This document shows positions 62,329 through 64,000 of a DNA stretch of 64,000 nt, piece by piece. The notes beneath the pieces were generated by a model, which did no database searches, had not been told where the DNA came from, and saw only the letters and a program-made list of their open reading frames with translations. The DNA is from Candidatus Latescibacterota bacterium (GTDB lineage Bacteria > Latescibacterota > UBA2968). Within the stretch, counting starts at the first letter, position 1. The number at the start of each line of letters is the position of its first letter. The stretch is taken from NCBI GenBank assembly GCA_965198115.1, contig OZ240241.1, forward strand, positions 5,376,001 through 5,440,000, read 5' to 3'. A program made the translations under genes and the position numbers.

Positions 62329-63609
62329 GTGGATACGCTTGAAATCACCCCTCTCGATCGACCCGTCGACGCCAAGGTCACCATACCCGGCTCGAAGAGC
62401 TACACCAACAGGGCGCTCCTCATCGCGGCTCTGTCCGACGGCGTAACGACCCTGACCGGCGCCCTCCTGAGCGACGACACGAAATACATGGCCGAATCGC
62501 TCAGACGGCTCGGAATCGAGGTGGTCGCAGACAAAGACGCCCAGATCTTCGTCGTCCACGGCACAGGTGGCCGAATCCCTTCGTCCGGCGCAGACCTCTT
62601 CGTCGGGGGATCGGGGACCTGCGCCCGGTTCCTGACCGCATTCACTGCCCTCGGCAGCGGTCGCTTCGTGATCGACGGTGGCGAGCGCATGCGTGAACGT
62701 CCCATCCAGGATCTGCTCGTCGGCCTCGAGGGCCTCGGCGCCAGCGCGACCACCCGACACGGCACGGGGTGCCCACCCGTTGTCGTGAACGCCGACGGCC
62801 TGCGTGGCGGTCGAACGTTCATGCCTGGCGATCGCAGCAGCCAGTATTTCACCGCTCTGCTCCTCGTTTCGTCCTACGCGGCGGAAAACGTCGAGATTCG
62901 CGTCGAAGGCGATCTTGCCTCGAAACCCTACATCGACATGACCCTCGCTATCATGCGGCACTTCGGGGTCGACGTCGTGAACGACGACTACAACACGTTC
63001 CACGTGGCGGCAGGTCAACGCTACACGGCCACGACCTATGCGATCGAACCCGATGCCACGAACGCCACCTACTTCCTTGCAGCGGCGGCCGTCACCGGAG
63101 GGCGCGTCACCGTAGGCGGTCTCTCCGAGGAGTCCGCCCAGGGAGACGTGCGATTCGCTCGCGTGCTCGAGCAAATGGGGTGTGCTGTCGACATCGACGA
63201 CACCGGTATCACCGTACGTGGACCGCAACAACTCAGCGGAATCGACATCGACCTGAACGGTATGCCGGACACCGCGCAGACGCTGTGTGCAATCGCACCG
63301 TTCGCTTCCGAACCCGTCACGATCTGCAACGTGCCCGTTCTTCGAATCCACGAAACGGACCGGATCGCCGCCGTGGAGACCGAACTGACCAAGCTGGGCG
63401 TCCGCGTCGAAACGTGGCACGATGGGATGACCGTCCATCCAGCGTCGCAGATTCTGCCTGCCCGGCTCGAAACCTACGACGATCACCGCATGGCCATGAG
63501 CCTTTCCCTGATCGGGTTGCGCGAACCGGGTGTCGTGATCAACGACCCTGGATGCGTCAACAAGACATTTCCAGAATACTTTTCTGTCTTGGACACGCTT
63601 CGCACGTAG
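62329..63609 (+). CDS. aroA: 3-phosphoshikimate 1-carboxyvinyltransferase (EPSP synthase)
   Basis: PGSKSYTNR, SGT..R, SSQY, LRIHETDRI, DDHRMAM, KTFP. Confidence 0.96.
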   Translation: MDTLEITPLDRPVDAKVTIPGSKSYTNRALLIAALSDGVTTLTGALLSDDTKYMAESLRRLGIEVVADKDAQIFVVHGTGGRIPSSGADLFVGGSGTCARFLTAFTALGSGRFVIDGGERMRERPIQDLLVGLEGLGASATTRHGTGCPPVVVNADGLRGGRTFMPGDRSSQYFTALLLVSSYAAENVEIRVEGDLASKPYIDMTLAIMRHFGVDVVNDDYNTFHVAAGQRYTATTYAIEPDATNATYFLAAAAVTGGRVTVGGLSEESAQGDVRFARVLEQMGCAVDIDDTGITVRGPQQLSGIDIDLNGMPDTAQTLCAIAPFASEPVTICNVPVLRIHETDRIAAVETELTKLGVRVETWHDGMTVHPASQILPARLETYDDHRMAMSLSLIGLREPGVVINDPGCVNKTFPEYFSVLDTLRT

Positions 63610-63643
63610 CCGCAAACCCGTCCGGGACACGTCACCAACTCAC

Positions 63644-64000
63644 ATGAATCCAACCGTACTACTCGTCGACGATGAACGGGAAGTCCGTAGGGTCCTCACC
63701 GACACCATCGGTCAGGCGGGGTTCGACATACGCACCGCCATATCCGGTCTTCAAGGCATCGAAATGCTGGATGACTGGTCCCCCGATCTCTTCGTCGTTG
63801 ACCTCAAAATGCCCGGAATGAGCGGTTTGGATTTCGCCAAACAGGCGCGCAAGCGGCTACCCGACAGTGAGCTGATCATCCTCACTGGCTTTGGCGATAT
63901 GAAAAGTGCCGTGGAGGCGGTGCGGATCGGCGCCTACGACTATCTCAGCAAGCCTGTTGACCTCGACAGGCTGCTCCAAACGCTACGCAGGGCCTCCGAG
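63644..64000 (+). CDS. Response regulator receiver domain (NtrC-like), 3'-truncated by window edge
   Basis: LLVDDE, DLKMPGMSG, LTGFG, GAYDYLSKP. Confidence 0.88.
   Translation, partial: MNPTVLLVDDEREVRRVLTDTIGQAGFDIRTAISGLQGIEMLDDWSPDLFVVDLKMPGMSGLDFAKQARKRLPDSELIILTGFGDMKSAVEAVRIGAYDYLSKPVDLDRLLQTLRRASE

Overview
GC-rich bacterial chromosome segment. Its gene content (sulfatases, VWA/GATase-like and PQQ-propeller proteins, LytR_C-rsfS, SPOR-MltD) resembles FCB/PVC-type lineages such as Latescibacterota; this is inference only. About 30% of the window is insertion sequence: 6 ISL3, 2 IS1380, 2 IS256, 2 ISAzo13, 1 IS630 and 1 IS256-family remnant, many nested inside each other. Two inverted IS1380 copies bracket 3340-30046, and only the outer ends share a CTAT direct repeat, so this is a candidate 26.7-kb composite transposon. 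Nearly every non-IS gene inside is damaged: lactonase, HAD, PCMT-like methyltransferase, Gfo/Idh/MocA, and two sulfatases. It also holds a small integrated element pairing a large serine recombinase with an HUH rolling-circle Rep. Right of 30.8 kb lie mostly intact core genes: glnE, glnB, LarA-like, fused ECF ATPase, pyrC, carA, rsfS, mtnA, MltD, mreD-mrdA-rodA, dnaE, aroA. Intergenic DNA carries several REP/REPIN-like families, including ~25-bp units nested inside one another, plus two candidate structured RNAs. No rRNA, tRNA or CRISPR array was seen.
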